From Azolla caroliniana (Eukaryota; Plantae; Polypodiophyta), in the NCBI GenBank assembly GCA_043228905.1, contig JBHGNT010000011.1:19778001-19842000 (forward strand): 64,000 bases of DNA. The letters are read 5' to 3'. Below the pieces are notes generated by a model that saw only the letters and a program-made list of their open reading frames with translations, searched no databases and was not told where the DNA came from. The translations under genes and the position numbers were made by a program. Below, piece after piece: positions 1 to 12,433 of this stretch (positions are counted from its first letter, which is position 1; each line of letters begins with the position of its first letter).

Positions 1-398
1 TAACTCACTAGTTGAGTCGGACATAGCTATGGCTTATGAGAGGGAGAGCTATGAGGATGGGGAGGTGAACAAACTATCACGAATCATAAACTCAAGAGAT
101 AAGCAAGAAGATAACCAAATGGACAAGAAAGAAGATAGTATTAAATGAAAGACTCCATAACTGGTGTTGTTCACCTTGAATTCCTTCAAGGTGAACTCCT
201 CTATTTATACTACATGGCATGCATACTTGTTGCACGCATGTGAATCTACAATAGAGCATGTAGGTATGCATGCATGTGCCAAGTGTAAATACTACAAGGG
301 TACAACTATGCACATGATGCTAGCAAAATAATAAGGACCAATTACATACATAACTAGTACTAGATATCTTGGTTAACTCATAATACTAGATTATAACA
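1..398 (-). mobile_element. Probable LTR fragment of an LTR retrotransposon, truncated by the window start
   Basis: Minus strand begins TGTTATAATC at 398 and has a TATA-like GTATAAATAGAG near 199-210. It abuts a LINE fragment. No internal domains are visible. Confidence 0.35.
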
Positions 399-419
399 TG
401 GTCGTGTCAAGAGTTCGAA

Positions 420-1135
420 TCTTAACAGTTTTGGTAGAAAATCCAAAAACAACAACACACTAGGCGAATTACCATGTTCAAATGACTATTAATACATAGG
501 TCACTACCGATTGGAGCGTTGTAGTGTGGGAACCTTAGCTCTCCTAATTGTGTAGCCTTTGTGGGACTGCCCAAAGACCCATTCAATCTAAGGAGGGGGT
601 TGGCCAACTACTACAATTATACCAAGTGCAAGGCACAATCAAGTGGGGGAGCGTATGTTGGTTATCATGATAGGCCTTAGTTGACAGGTACGAACATCAA
701 GAGGAGGGGATGACTTTGGTGATAAAAGCACAACAGATTTCTTTTCCCACCATTGATAATATCCACTCAACTCCTATTAATGTCAAAGCGCAAGTAGTGT
801 TGGAATTGGTCAGCCCAATAACTATTTGGATGCGATGGAAACAACGGTGTAGACGGGTGTTGCCCAACCAAACCGTGCATCAAGTAATGTTAATGCAGGA
901 GATATGGTGTGAAGTGGTAGCCCCTCTAAAGAGCTAATACGATAGCCTCATAGGCGGATCCGATGGAGTTGAAAGAGAACGATTAGCCTTCATCCAACAA
1001 TAGTCGTCCTCTCCCTTTCTTGAGTCAGTGGGCATTCACATAAGATGGAACTATCGCATCCCTACAGGGATTTGTATGTAACACTCATCTGTAAAATTTA
1101 TAATTAATGGATGGAATTTTTTTTTGAAATAAATA
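420..1135 (+). mobile_element. 3' end fragment of an L1/Tx1-like LINE (degenerate)
   Basis: The reverse complement of 420-880 aligns by eye to 61560-62030, and 960-1130 to 55700-55900, i.e. the 3' end of the RT-encoding LINE at the window end. Confidence 0.65.
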
Positions 1136-3684
1136 AATATGATAGTATTTATATTTATATATTCAATGTTGCTTAAAAAATATAGTAGTAATTGTGGATT
1201 AGAATTTGTGTTGAGTATGTTTATCATATAATTAGATAAAATTACGTATATACATATGCTAATGTGAGGCAATGAGGTAAGAGACATTTCTACTTATGTC
1301 AAGTCTAAGTTTGGAGTTTCAATAACTAAGTTTTACTAATCTATTTCATTGAGCTTCGAGTACTATGGAAACCAAGGGCTATACCTCTCAACGATCTCTA
1401 TTCAAATTATGAGTTTTGAGTAGGGCAACGAGAAACCTTGAAGCAAGCTGACAATTCCCCTCACAAATGAGAGAAGTATTGTAAAGGATTAAATTCAAAC
1501 TATAAATATTACATTATTTAATCAACAAGATATTTTATTGCCCAAAAACTTGATGTTTGAAAAGGAGCTAATGAATTGAGATCTTACTATTTATCTTGAT
1601 TCTCGATAGTTCTTAGCAATTTTCATAAGGACTTCTAGTCATGTGATGTAACATGTGCACCTACACATAAAAAGGTAAAAGAATTTATTTTACATTATCA
1701 TATTGAATGAGGGGAAGGCCATGGGAACTTGAGTGCAATGAGTCAAAGCCTTATACTCTTGACACCCTCATTTCTAAACTCGGTTCTTTTTGTCCCCATT
1801 TGCAATGATGAGTACTATAAGTTACTGCAAGGGTCAAGTCCTAAATCCAAAGTTGATGGAACCTTTATTTAATAGAACAATTTGATTCTTGTAGCCTTAG
1901 ACAAAACGCACGCGTCTCTTAGACAGTAGACTAACATAAATGTTGTAAAAATAGTCCCTCGTACAAATATCTACATAAAACCATGCAAGACGTGGATTAT
2001 TGGCTCAAGTTGCTTATATTTAAAGACCAATATTTTCATCAACATCATTTGAGTTAAATTCAAGTAAAATAAATTGTGTCAGATAATTAATGTTTAGAAT
2101 CATAACTGGCAAATAGAGGTTCCAAAATTTTCAATTGGGGCATGTTATCTCTTCTTTTGATTCTCAAATAGGGTGCCCCACTTTTCTAATTAGAAATGCA
2201 AACCAAAAACTAGATATATATTTAATTATTGATAAAATTGTGCATCCTTGTTTTTCTAATTAATGTGCAACTAGTAATAAAACCGTGTAATGCCAAGAGA
2301 TTTGTGACGTAATCTTGAGCCTATAATTAGCAAAAGACTCATGTTAATCTTCATACCACTTTATGTCTTCTTGTTGAGACCTAACACACATAATAACAAT
2401 TGTCATGTGATTTTAGGAAAACACGAAACTTAAGTATGTAGTCTTTGAACATAAGCAACTATGTTTAGGTAGAATTGTTATTTTGCTGACCCCAGTTTGA
2501 AAAGCCTCGCAATAGAGAAAAATAAAAACTATTTATGACAAGATAGAATTTCACTTCTATCCTCAACACATTGTACACACGGGGAGAAATGATCCAAAAA
2601 GGAGTACTTGCATTGTGTGTTTGAATATTCTTGTTATTACAAATTTGTCTAAAACGTAGTATCAGCAAAATGGCCCGACAATAATTGTGACCACTGACTA
2701 CCCAGTGATGTATATTGATAAGGCTTTTGTGGACAAGCAAGAAGAGCCCAAAAATTATACAAACAAATGGTGGGCCATAATATTGTTATGAACTTCTAGG
2801 TGTGGCACTATGGGGGTGATAATATTCCAATCACACTTTTGAGGGCAAAGAAATAAAACTTGTCCATTAACATCTTGTCATTTTTCTTTTTCTTCTTCTT
2901 TGGGTGCTACCCACTTCTTTGGGTCCCTTTTCCTTTGAAGAATTTGAATCCAAACCCAAAAAATATGAAAGATGGTACAATGAAACACATAATCATAAAG
3001 AAGAAGAGGTTTCAAGCGGTGGGATAGAAAGAAAGAATATATATCAACATCTTCATAAAGAGGGATGAAAATGGGCTATAGGACAAAAGAGATTACAAAT
3101 GAAAATGTGTTCTCATATATTGAGAAATTGGTAAAACCACCAAAGGTATGAGAGAGAGAGTTGTTAGAGGAATGTGTTTGTTTTCTTTCGTGGGATTGGA
3201 ACATAGTGGGCATAAATATCTTTCATGTCCGATGGCTAGAATGGTTTCGAGGTGCATCAATGTAGTGTGATGTGTTTGATTGGAGCAAATCTATCTTCAT
3301 TCAATTGATTTTTTGCACATATAAAGAACAATGGAGTTATGCCTCATTGCTAAATTATTTTTGAGTTGTTTAGGTCTTGGGGGCCATGGTTCAATTAGAA
3401 TATGTGGAATGCCGTCACTTTTGATTTGCAAGTTGGGGTGGGGAAATGTGTTGCAAAGTTAAAAGGACTTCTTTGTGGCAATTGACAATGTTAGAGAAGT
3501 CACATAAATTCAACCATGAAGAGAGCCAATTGTGCAATGTGGCATGTCATCATATTCAACATCTAAATTGGTTGGTGTGGAGGTTTGGATTGAGTTCATC
3601 GTAGTATTAAGATCCCTAGAGTTCTATTCTTTGTTATAAGTTAATCATGTGGTGTTTTTTCTTTTGAAATGAAAGCCACTATTT

Positions 3685-3721
<37 letters not shown>

Positions 3722-4569
3722 AATGAACTTGATATAACACCCATTGTAAGTTGTGTTTTTTACACACATTTATTAATATAATTGTGTGTTTTCACCAAAA
3801 AAAAGAAATATAATGAAATTGATAAAATGTCAATGCATTTACCGTGATACAAGTTTTTCCCCTACAATGATAGGAGGATGCTAACCATAGATTCGTTACA
3901 TGTCCATTTACTAAAGCCATTTGGGTTTTTTTTGTCGCAACATTGGGCATATTTGAATTGAGAAAATTTTGTTGCCCTTTCCATGGGTATTTTGTTCATG
4001 GCATGAAACTAGAGATTTACTTTTTCCCATTGTACCATGTTGTGTTTGACGACCTTTTCGTTATTGGATGTGCTACGATTGGAGTAAGATAAAAAGGTTA
4101 TCATTTGATAGAATCTATGTATAGAGCACTATAGTAGGTACACAGGCTGAAAAGAAAATTCGATTTGATAGTTTTGAGAACTAGGTGAAGCAAGCGATTT
4201 ATTGTTGGAGGAGTTACGTATCAGTCATTCAGTTTAAAGAAAAACCACCCGTGAGAGAGTGTGGCTTAACATAGGAATTCCTCATTATGATATAGTAGGG
4301 GGACATGAAAAGGTGTGTTTCGCTTCTATTTGTCAATGGACCATCGTGCAAAAGGTGTGGTCCGCATCAGACATCATGTCACGATCTCTAGTGTCATATT
4401 AGGGACGGACAATAAAGAGGGGTATGTGTGTGTGTGCTTGGATTTGATTGTTTAGAATTGTGTCTCGTACATATGTGTTTGTTTTATAGGAAGGGAACAA
4501 AAATGAGAGATCTAAATGTAGAGGAGAGGAAAAATGGTGACCACAAGTCTTGCTTGAATGGTAAATGCA

Positions 4570-4646
4570 CAAGAAGAAGAAGAAGGAGAAGAAGGAGAAG
4601 AAGAAGAAGAAGAACGAGAAGAAGAAGAAGGAGGAGGAGGAGAAGA
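4570..4646. repeat. (GAA/GGA)n purine microsatellite upstream of MATE copy 1
   Basis: Direct reading; a shorter homolog lies at ~36985-37020 upstream of copy 2. Confidence 0.9.
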
Positions 4647-5302
4647 ATGGAAAGAACGCTATATCTATGTATGTATTTGTTTTCTCTATCTATCTATCTA
4701 AGTATAGAGGAAGGAGTCCATACATACATTATACATACATATATTTAGTTAGCTAGTTTGTTTGTCCAAAAAAAGCCGCTATATATAATAGGCAGGCAGG
4801 CAGAGAGAGAGAGAGAGAGCGAGAGAGAAGAAACTAGAATCTCAGCTAAAATGTATGTAAGTACATACATAGTTGATTTGAAAAGCACCGCTTGTTTTTA
4901 TTATCATAACTCTCCCTTGAATCTCTCTGTCTCTCTCTGTCTCTGTCTCTCCCTCTCCATAGGCATTTCTTTCGGCTCTGCTCTGTTCCTCGTTTTAAGT
5001 TTTCCTTTCTTCCTTTTTGATGTCTCTAGCCGGTTGTCGTCTTCTTCTCAACCCCTTATTCATTCCTAGAAACCTTCACAAGTCTCTCTCCACATACGTA
5101 GAAGCCATAAAGATTAATCCTCTTCCTTTATATTCATCATCATCATCATCATCGAAACCTTTATGCAATTTGGATACATACTCTGCCTTTACTTATATTT
5201 CTCTCTAACCTTCCTAAGACTTGGCTTCTGATCGATTCAATAAGCTTGCTACGCTCCTCTCTATTGGGCTAAAAGAAATCTGTAATCCCCACCCCCCCAA
5301 TA

Positions 5303-8300
5303 ATGAGTCACAATGATGAGACTGATGCTGAAGGAGATATGGAACACCAATGTGATTTAGGTAATCCTATCACCGCCAGTAGTGACCAACATATGTTCTG
5401 CTTCCCCAACAAGAACAAGCTTCAAGACAATGGCCATAATAATAAGACCACCTCTGGTATTGTTGTCATCAATGATCTTGGGAAGTCCATGACCTTGGTC
5501 AGTTGGAAGGAGATGAAGGTACAGGCCTGCCTGGCTGGACCCCTCATCATGGGCAACCTCCTCAGCTTCCTCCTGCAGATGGTCTCTCTCATCTTCGTCG
5601 GCCATTGCGGGGAGCTCGAGCTTTCGGGTGCCTCCATAGCTAACTCCTTCGCTACCGTCACTGGCTTCAGTGTTGTGGTATGCCTTATCATTCTTAAATG
5701 ACAAAAACTGTTGCTTTTCCCCCTTCCCCTCAAGAAAAGAAAAGAAAAGAAAAGAAAACAAAACAAAACAAAAAAATCAATCCAACTTAACTTGATTTGT
5801 ATCTATCACATTGTAGCTAGGCATGGGTTGTGCACTAGAGACTTTATGTGGACAAGCGTATGGTGCAGGTCAATATGAGAAGCTCGGAATTTACCTTCAA
5901 CGAGCGATCTTTGTCCTCAATGCCACATCTATTCCTCTAGCTCTGTTATGGGCCAACATGGAGACTTTACTTGTTTTCCTTGGCCAGGATGCTCAAATAG
6001 CAAGCAAAGCAGGGACTTATGCAAAATGGATTATTCCCACATTGTTTGCGTCATCGACAAGCCAACCATTTGTCAAATTTCTGCAATCACAAAGTGTTGT
6101 TTCCCCACTCTTCTTCATCTACATGTCCACGTTGATCCTCCATGTGCCCATCTGTTGGTTCTTGGTGTTCCAATCCGGAATGGGTTATGTTGGGGCAGCC
6201 ATTGCCAACAGCATTTCGTATTGGCTGAATGTTCTCCTTATCTCACTTTATGTCAAGTTTTCGAGTAAGTTTGCGAAGACTAGAGCACCCCTGTCTTGGA
6301 AAGCCCTTCAAGATTTGGGAGGGTTCTTCCGGCTAGCCATCCCATCAGCTGCAATGATCTGGTATTTACGATACATATATACATATTTGCTATGATACAG
6401 TATTTAAGATACACATACATCAGTATTAGTTTGCTGATTTGCAGTGCCAATCAAAATTTACCTCAATTCTTTTTGTTTTTGGTTTTCTCGTCACAGTTTG
6501 GAGTGGTGGTCGTACGAGATATTGGTGATTCTTTCGGGATTATTAAGTAATCCTGAACTCCAAACAGCAACAATCTCTATATGGTACATGACATATTCAT
6601 GATATGAACCAGTGTTGAAGGTTAGAGATTTCATGGAGATTTGCACTGGATAACATTATCTGAAAACATTGCCTTTTTCTTTTCTTTTTTTCTTTTTTCT
6701 TCTTCAGTGTGAGCACAGAGTCATTGATTTTTATGATACCCTTGGGTTTTGGAGCAGCTGCCAGGTGAGGCCTTAAATGTTAAACTCCTAAGGGGAGGAC
6801 AGTACAATGCTCCTAATTTTGTGTATCCACCAGAATACCCTTAGGTTTACAACAATTATCATAATGCGCCCAAGTATTTGTGTTTTCACTTGAATACCCC
6901 ATAAGTTTACATGCATAATGGGGTCGTGTGAAGTATTTTAAAATTTACAGTCCGCACCCCCTAATGTAGTAGTACTACCAAGGTTTCGGAAAACTTGAGG
7001 GGTTCTTCAAACAGCCTAGAGGTTTTCTGCTGAAATACCAATGACCGGTCTTGGTGTTTTGCTGACCTTACTCTTTATCAAATCTTTATGTTCATCTGTG
7101 AATTCTCTAACAACAAGTTGCATATTTATCAATAGTTGTTAACAATTGTTGTATATTGAAAAATTGGTTAATATGTTTTCCAGCACCAGAGTTGCTAATG
7201 AGCTAGGGGCAGGTAATCCATGGGCGGCACGAGCTGTGGTGAGCGCTGCACTTGCACTTACCTTCAGCATGGCCATGCTTGTTGCATGTTTTTTGCTCCT
7301 AGTTCGGAATGTATGGGGTCTAGTGTATAGCAACGAGGAAGAGGTCATCGACACTGTGAAAGGACTCATTCCTTTGCTCGCGCTGTCCACAACAGTAGAT
7401 GGCCTCCAAGCTGTCCTCTCAGGTATATTGATATGCATACATACATATCGGTGAAGACTCCGGAATACCCTTGAGTTTTCGGTTACTTCCATAATTGTTC
7501 CCAGTTTTTTGTTATTTTTGGTTACCTCCCTGAAGAAAAAATTGAATCTAGGGATGAATTGACCATATAATTGGTCAAATGACACATAATCAGAAAGGGG
7601 GGGCATTTTCGGAAATAAGGAAAAAGTTGGGTTTTTTTTGTGTTTCCCCCTCCCCCTTTATTATAGAAATCACAAAATTCTGTTTTGATGAAGCTCATTC
7701 AAGGATGCTTTTATATTGATGTTGGTTTATCCCTGTTTTCGACATTTTGATTTGTGTTGGTGGCCTTAGGTGTTGCAAGGGGTGCTGGGTGGCAAAAATC
7801 CGGAGCATTTGTTAACTTGGGTTCATTCTATGTTGTCGGGTTGCCCGTTGGTTGTGTTCTAGCATTTTGGTCTCATCTTCAGGGCAAGGTATACCCATGA
7901 AAACCATAAAACAATAACTTTGATGAACAAGGAAGTTTATGTCTTTCTCATGAAGTTTCATTGATTTAGAGACCAGATAAAATGGTAACTATTTCCTTGT
8001 GTCTAGGGAGTTTCTAATGGGAATTTAATGTTTTTGCTAAATTTACATCGACCCTAACACGTTCTTGTTTGCTACTCTGATGTTTTGAATGCCCTAGGGT
8101 CTTTGGCTTGGGTTGACTATTGGTGCATCTGTACAATTGGTTTCCTATTTAATAATAATCACTCGTTTCACTGATTGGAAAAAAGAGGTAAAGGAATGTT
8201 AATGCTAGTCAATCGTTTTTGTATGTTGTTGGTTTAGTCATGGTAAGAAAACATGGATTTAGTACTAACAAGCTTTAATTTGTGTGATGATATTAAATAG

Positions 8301-8375
8301 GCTGAGAAAGCGGCATTGCGAATGAGTTCGCCTTACACATTAGCAACTGAACCCCTCCTTAGTGCTGATAAATAA
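5303..8375 (+). CDS. DTX: MATE/DTX efflux transporter, copy 1 (8 exons, ~528 aa)
   Basis: GT-AG exons 5303-5677, 5817-6361, 6497-6583, 6708-6764, 7184-7422, 7770-7888, 8098-8187, 8301-8375 sum to 1587 nt in frame. Motifs: GHCGELELSGASIANSF, ALETLCGQAYGA, CLEWWSYE, STRVANELGAGNP, LSGVARGAGWQ. Confidence 0.95.
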
Positions 8376-9941
8376 ACTAATTTCATGGGCATGAAAGTAT
8401 ATGCCGCTTTCCGAGAATGAATAAATAAAATCAATGAGAGGTTTTCCAATAGATCTAAACATATGATGATTGTGTGTTTTTTTCCATTGGAGTTGAACAA
8501 ATCAGGAAGATAAAAAGGAAGTTAACATTGAACAAGATTTCTCTATCGAAAGCTACAAAACGAAGAGAATATACATCACGTTCATGTAATCTTGTTTACT
8601 TTCCCTTGAGAGTTTAAATTTGATTGCGAAGCCAATTGGTTTCATTGGAAAACAATATGTACTAAGTGATTTGAAAAGGTATTTGCAATTTTTGGTGGTC
8701 CAACAAATACACATGAGAAAACATTGTTATTGTCATTTTTCACTAGCAAACTTCTGGCCTTTTGGGTCATTTATAAAATTTGCATTTGATTTATAATTTA
8801 AGGTTTTAGTTTATGATGTAAATTAAGACAAAGAGAAATGGATTATTTAACATGTCATAAAAATAGCTGTTAGAATACAAATTTTGATCTCGTAATTAAT
8901 TTCATTATCATTGCTAGATTGTATTTTCTATCTTTTGTTGATTGTATAGCAAACACCACCATCTAGTATTCTGGATAATTGTAGACATCCTCACAACTAA
9001 CTGCAAAGTAGTTGCATTAACTTATCTTGGAAGATAAGGAGATCAGAGTTGTGTTAATTAGAATATGCACCTTAATGGTGGATAATTCTGATCAATGTGG
9101 ATTGTGGTTAGACCATACATACACCTTGGTGGTGGATAACACTGAGGTGAGGTTGTGTTCCTCCTTTCTAAGGCTTGTTGTGCTGACCTCTTAAGAGTAA
9201 TTTTTTCTTGAATTAAATTGCAAAGCCTTGCATCAGTTTTGGATAAAATGATTGGAAAAACCCCTTTAAGGATACCTCCCACCCCCTTTTAAGTCTTGAC
9301 CTAGCTTGACCATGGTAGTTATGATAGGCCATCAAGTTCCTAGACTTATATCGAGGGAATTGCGCTTAATCCTTGTGGTTTAAAGGATGCACTACTTGTC
9401 CGAGTTTAAAGGCTGTGATTTCCCATTTGGAAACAAACGCAAGCTACAAAACTTGTTCTTAACTAAATCTTTTCTAATAAATTCTCGGAATAATGTTAAT
9501 CATAATACCTTGCATCAAGTAATTCGAAGCACAATTTAAAGTAATTTCTTTTTATCATGGCCCATATCAATTGTTTGCCATGTTGATGCATGATAATTAT
9601 CCAGTCTTTCTTAGATAATGGTCTTCCTTCAAACTGTGATTTGCATCACGTCATGGTTCTTTAAATCTAAAATTTCTAAAACAATCCAAGGATGTATTTC
9701 TATTATAATTCTCATTATGGGTTGGCAAGGCGTTAATCTACATTCTGTGTTCTGTGTGATGCAATTTCATGCTTACCAATACTATACTAAAAGGATGACC
9801 CATACTTCCAAAGAAGGGCATTAGATTAGGGGCATGGTTTCCACTTTTAGCCTGATATGAGACCCTTTTTTATCCAAAAAAAAGCATGACATACGGCATT
9901 GAGCTCAATTATGATAAGCTCCTTCAATCTATTTTACTTGG

Positions 9942-10459
9942 GCAAGTTAGAAAAGCAATGTCACTAGCATAGTACTCGTGGTAATACCAAATATGATACT
10001 ATGCATTATGAACAATCAATTTCATTATAGCTTCCAACATACTAATGCTTAATTCCAAAATAAAATGGTATGCATTACAACCATTTAAATGGAAAAATTG
10101 TTGCCAACATTGTAATGGTTGATTCCAAAACTATATAATAGTATGCATTACAAACATTGATGGCAAGATTTTCACTTGTATCTTTCTTATTTAGCTCCTC
10201 GCAAGTTAGAAAAGCAATGTCACTAGCATAGTACTCGTGGTAATACCAAATATGATACTATGCATTATGAACAATCAATTTCATTATAGCTTCCCACATA
10301 CTAATGCTTAATTCCAAAATAAAATGGTATGCATTACAACCATTTAAATGGAAAAATTGTTGTCAACATTGTAATGCTTGATTCCAAAACTATATAACAG
10401 TATGCATTACAACCATTGATGGCAAGATTTTCACTTGTATCTTTCTTATTTAGCTCCTC
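9942..10459. repeat. Tandem duplication of a 259-bp unit (2 copies)
   Basis: GCAAGTTAGAAAAGCAATG at 9942 and 10201, with near-identical continuation. Confidence 0.9.
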
Positions 10460-11754
10460 CTTGTATGTATAAGAGGCACTTTGAGCATTTGTTGAGGATA
10501 AAGTTTTGATCACAGAAGGAAAAAATTATCATTTTGCCTTAAGACATGATTACCATGACTCCAAATAGGCAACTTCTTTAGTGTGAACCTTAGAATTAAT
10601 AGGACCCCCTCTTTCTTAGATTATAGTCTTCCTCATGTTGAAAATATAATTTGAAGCATCTTATGGTTATTTAGAATCTATAAGAAATAACAAAAGCTAC
10701 AAAGATGTGTCAAAACTGGTATTGACTTCATTGGAATCATGCTACCAAGAGCCAATTGTACATTCAATTGTGATGATTGGACACTTGGAAACACTCAAGA
10801 CATGATAAACAAACTATGTTGGGCCACAAGCTCATAAACTGCAGTGAAATTAAGATTTTAAGTGGATTGATAACAAGTTTGAAGCCTAATAGCTTGGTTT
10901 CAATAAGAAGCCATGGTTGTGTGGGCGATTGTGACTGATTAGATCGCCACATTGTTCCGGGTTTCCTAAGCACTAACATATAGGTACAAAACTATTCTTC
11001 TTGATTACCGAATACTCCACAACCTTAAATGACATTAAGATCAAGGGACTTAAAAAAACTATGGTATTTAAAATTGAATTGACTAAAGCAAAAGAAGTCC
11101 AAGGAAAAGCAATGGGCTCACACAATGCTTTGAGAACACTTCATATACAACTCAACAATTTATATATAATTGATCAGTTTTAATACACCAATGCTCTGAC
11201 AATTAGGATTGATAGGATGCATTAGTTACCTAATTACAGAGAGTCAACACCAATGATTAAAGTTCTAAGTAGCTTAGGGTTTTGACCAACTTCAACTTTG
11301 GGGGTGTCCAACAAATAGTATTAATAGGCCCCCGGATGCACACCCCTAATAAGATACCATAGAGAGAAAGAGTTAAACATTATAAAACACGTTTGCGTTC
11401 ACAAGTGGAAGGATTGCGCATTCCACTTGTAGAATCTTCTTAAAACGAAGCAAATACACCCTCTCTACAAAAATTGGATGCACTAGTATCACATGTTCCT
11501 TAACTTGATGAGAATTTGCAAATATAAAAATACATGATAGATCTACGAGTGGAGATCATTAGAAATCATGCAAGTTTAGACATGTTGATAAGTTAATGTA
11601 GGCATAATAAAGTTCAACTATGGCTCAATATGGCACTACTGTGCGACAAGGGAAACACTAACTTAAAGACTTATATTAATTAGGTAAGTTTTACAAAAAT
11701 ATGAGGTGTACTTGTATCCATACTAATAAAATGAGATATAATTTATACTTTGAC

Positions 11755-12040
11755 CCATACGTGCATGTATGTAATTGTGGAAAATGTAGGATAGTGCACA
11801 TTAGGATAAGTGATTGGAATAACTAACTTATTAAAGTATTCAATACTTGTATTTAAAGTTGATCTAATCTATTCCTCAGTTTGTTCATATGAGATCAAAC
11901 CATATGTGTATATAATTGTGCACAATGTAAGGCAGTGAACTTTAGGATAATGTCGTGGAAATAACAAACCTATTAGGCTTTCATACATGTATTTAAAATT
12001 GGTCTACTCTATTGCTTAGGTGATTCACACAAGATCAAAC
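11755..12040. repeat. Two diverged ~145-bp direct repeats in the left subterminal region
   Basis: CCATAYGTG..ATAATTGTG..AATGTA..TTAGGATAA..GTATTTAAA.TTG.TCTA.TCTATT occurs at ~11755 and ~11900. Confidence 0.6.
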
Positions 12041-12433
12041 TCCGAACGATAACGCAACTGGAACCATTATCAACACACTACACAATCTAACCAGCAATGG
12101 AATAGAAACATAATAGTTTTAACAATAGAAGACAAAGATCCATAATAACAACATGGACAGTCATGGCAACAATTATAGGGCCATGTTCTGTTAAGGTTAG
12201 CTTGGACCAAAATCAGCCTCCATTTAAACTAGTTCATGTTTCTCCATAAGTTTGGTAGTCAGCTATGCACGCGGTGAAACCAATATCATAAATCTACTAA
12301 TCAAGTATATAAAAATAAAATTGAAACATATAGAAGATTATAAAGAATAGAATCCACTAGGTAAAACCCAATATTTGTATTAATAATGTGAAATCTTAAC
12401 AAATCGTCAGTGTCATATTCTTCATAGAGTCTA

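Noticed and set aside
4428-5069. Poly-Arg/Lys and ERER ORFs (also 36968-37387)
   Set aside because: Translations of GAA and GA microsatellites in the MATE upstream regions.
5357-7606. Antisense ORFs over MATE exons (and equivalents in copies 2 and 3)
   Set aside because: Shadow frames of the real plus-strand gene.
10500-11300. Possible ancient LINE RT remnant (FKIELTKA resembling the KLD..KAYD motif)
   Set aside because: Too decayed to support; similar weak traces at 29600-30230 and 31000-32300 were also left uncalled.
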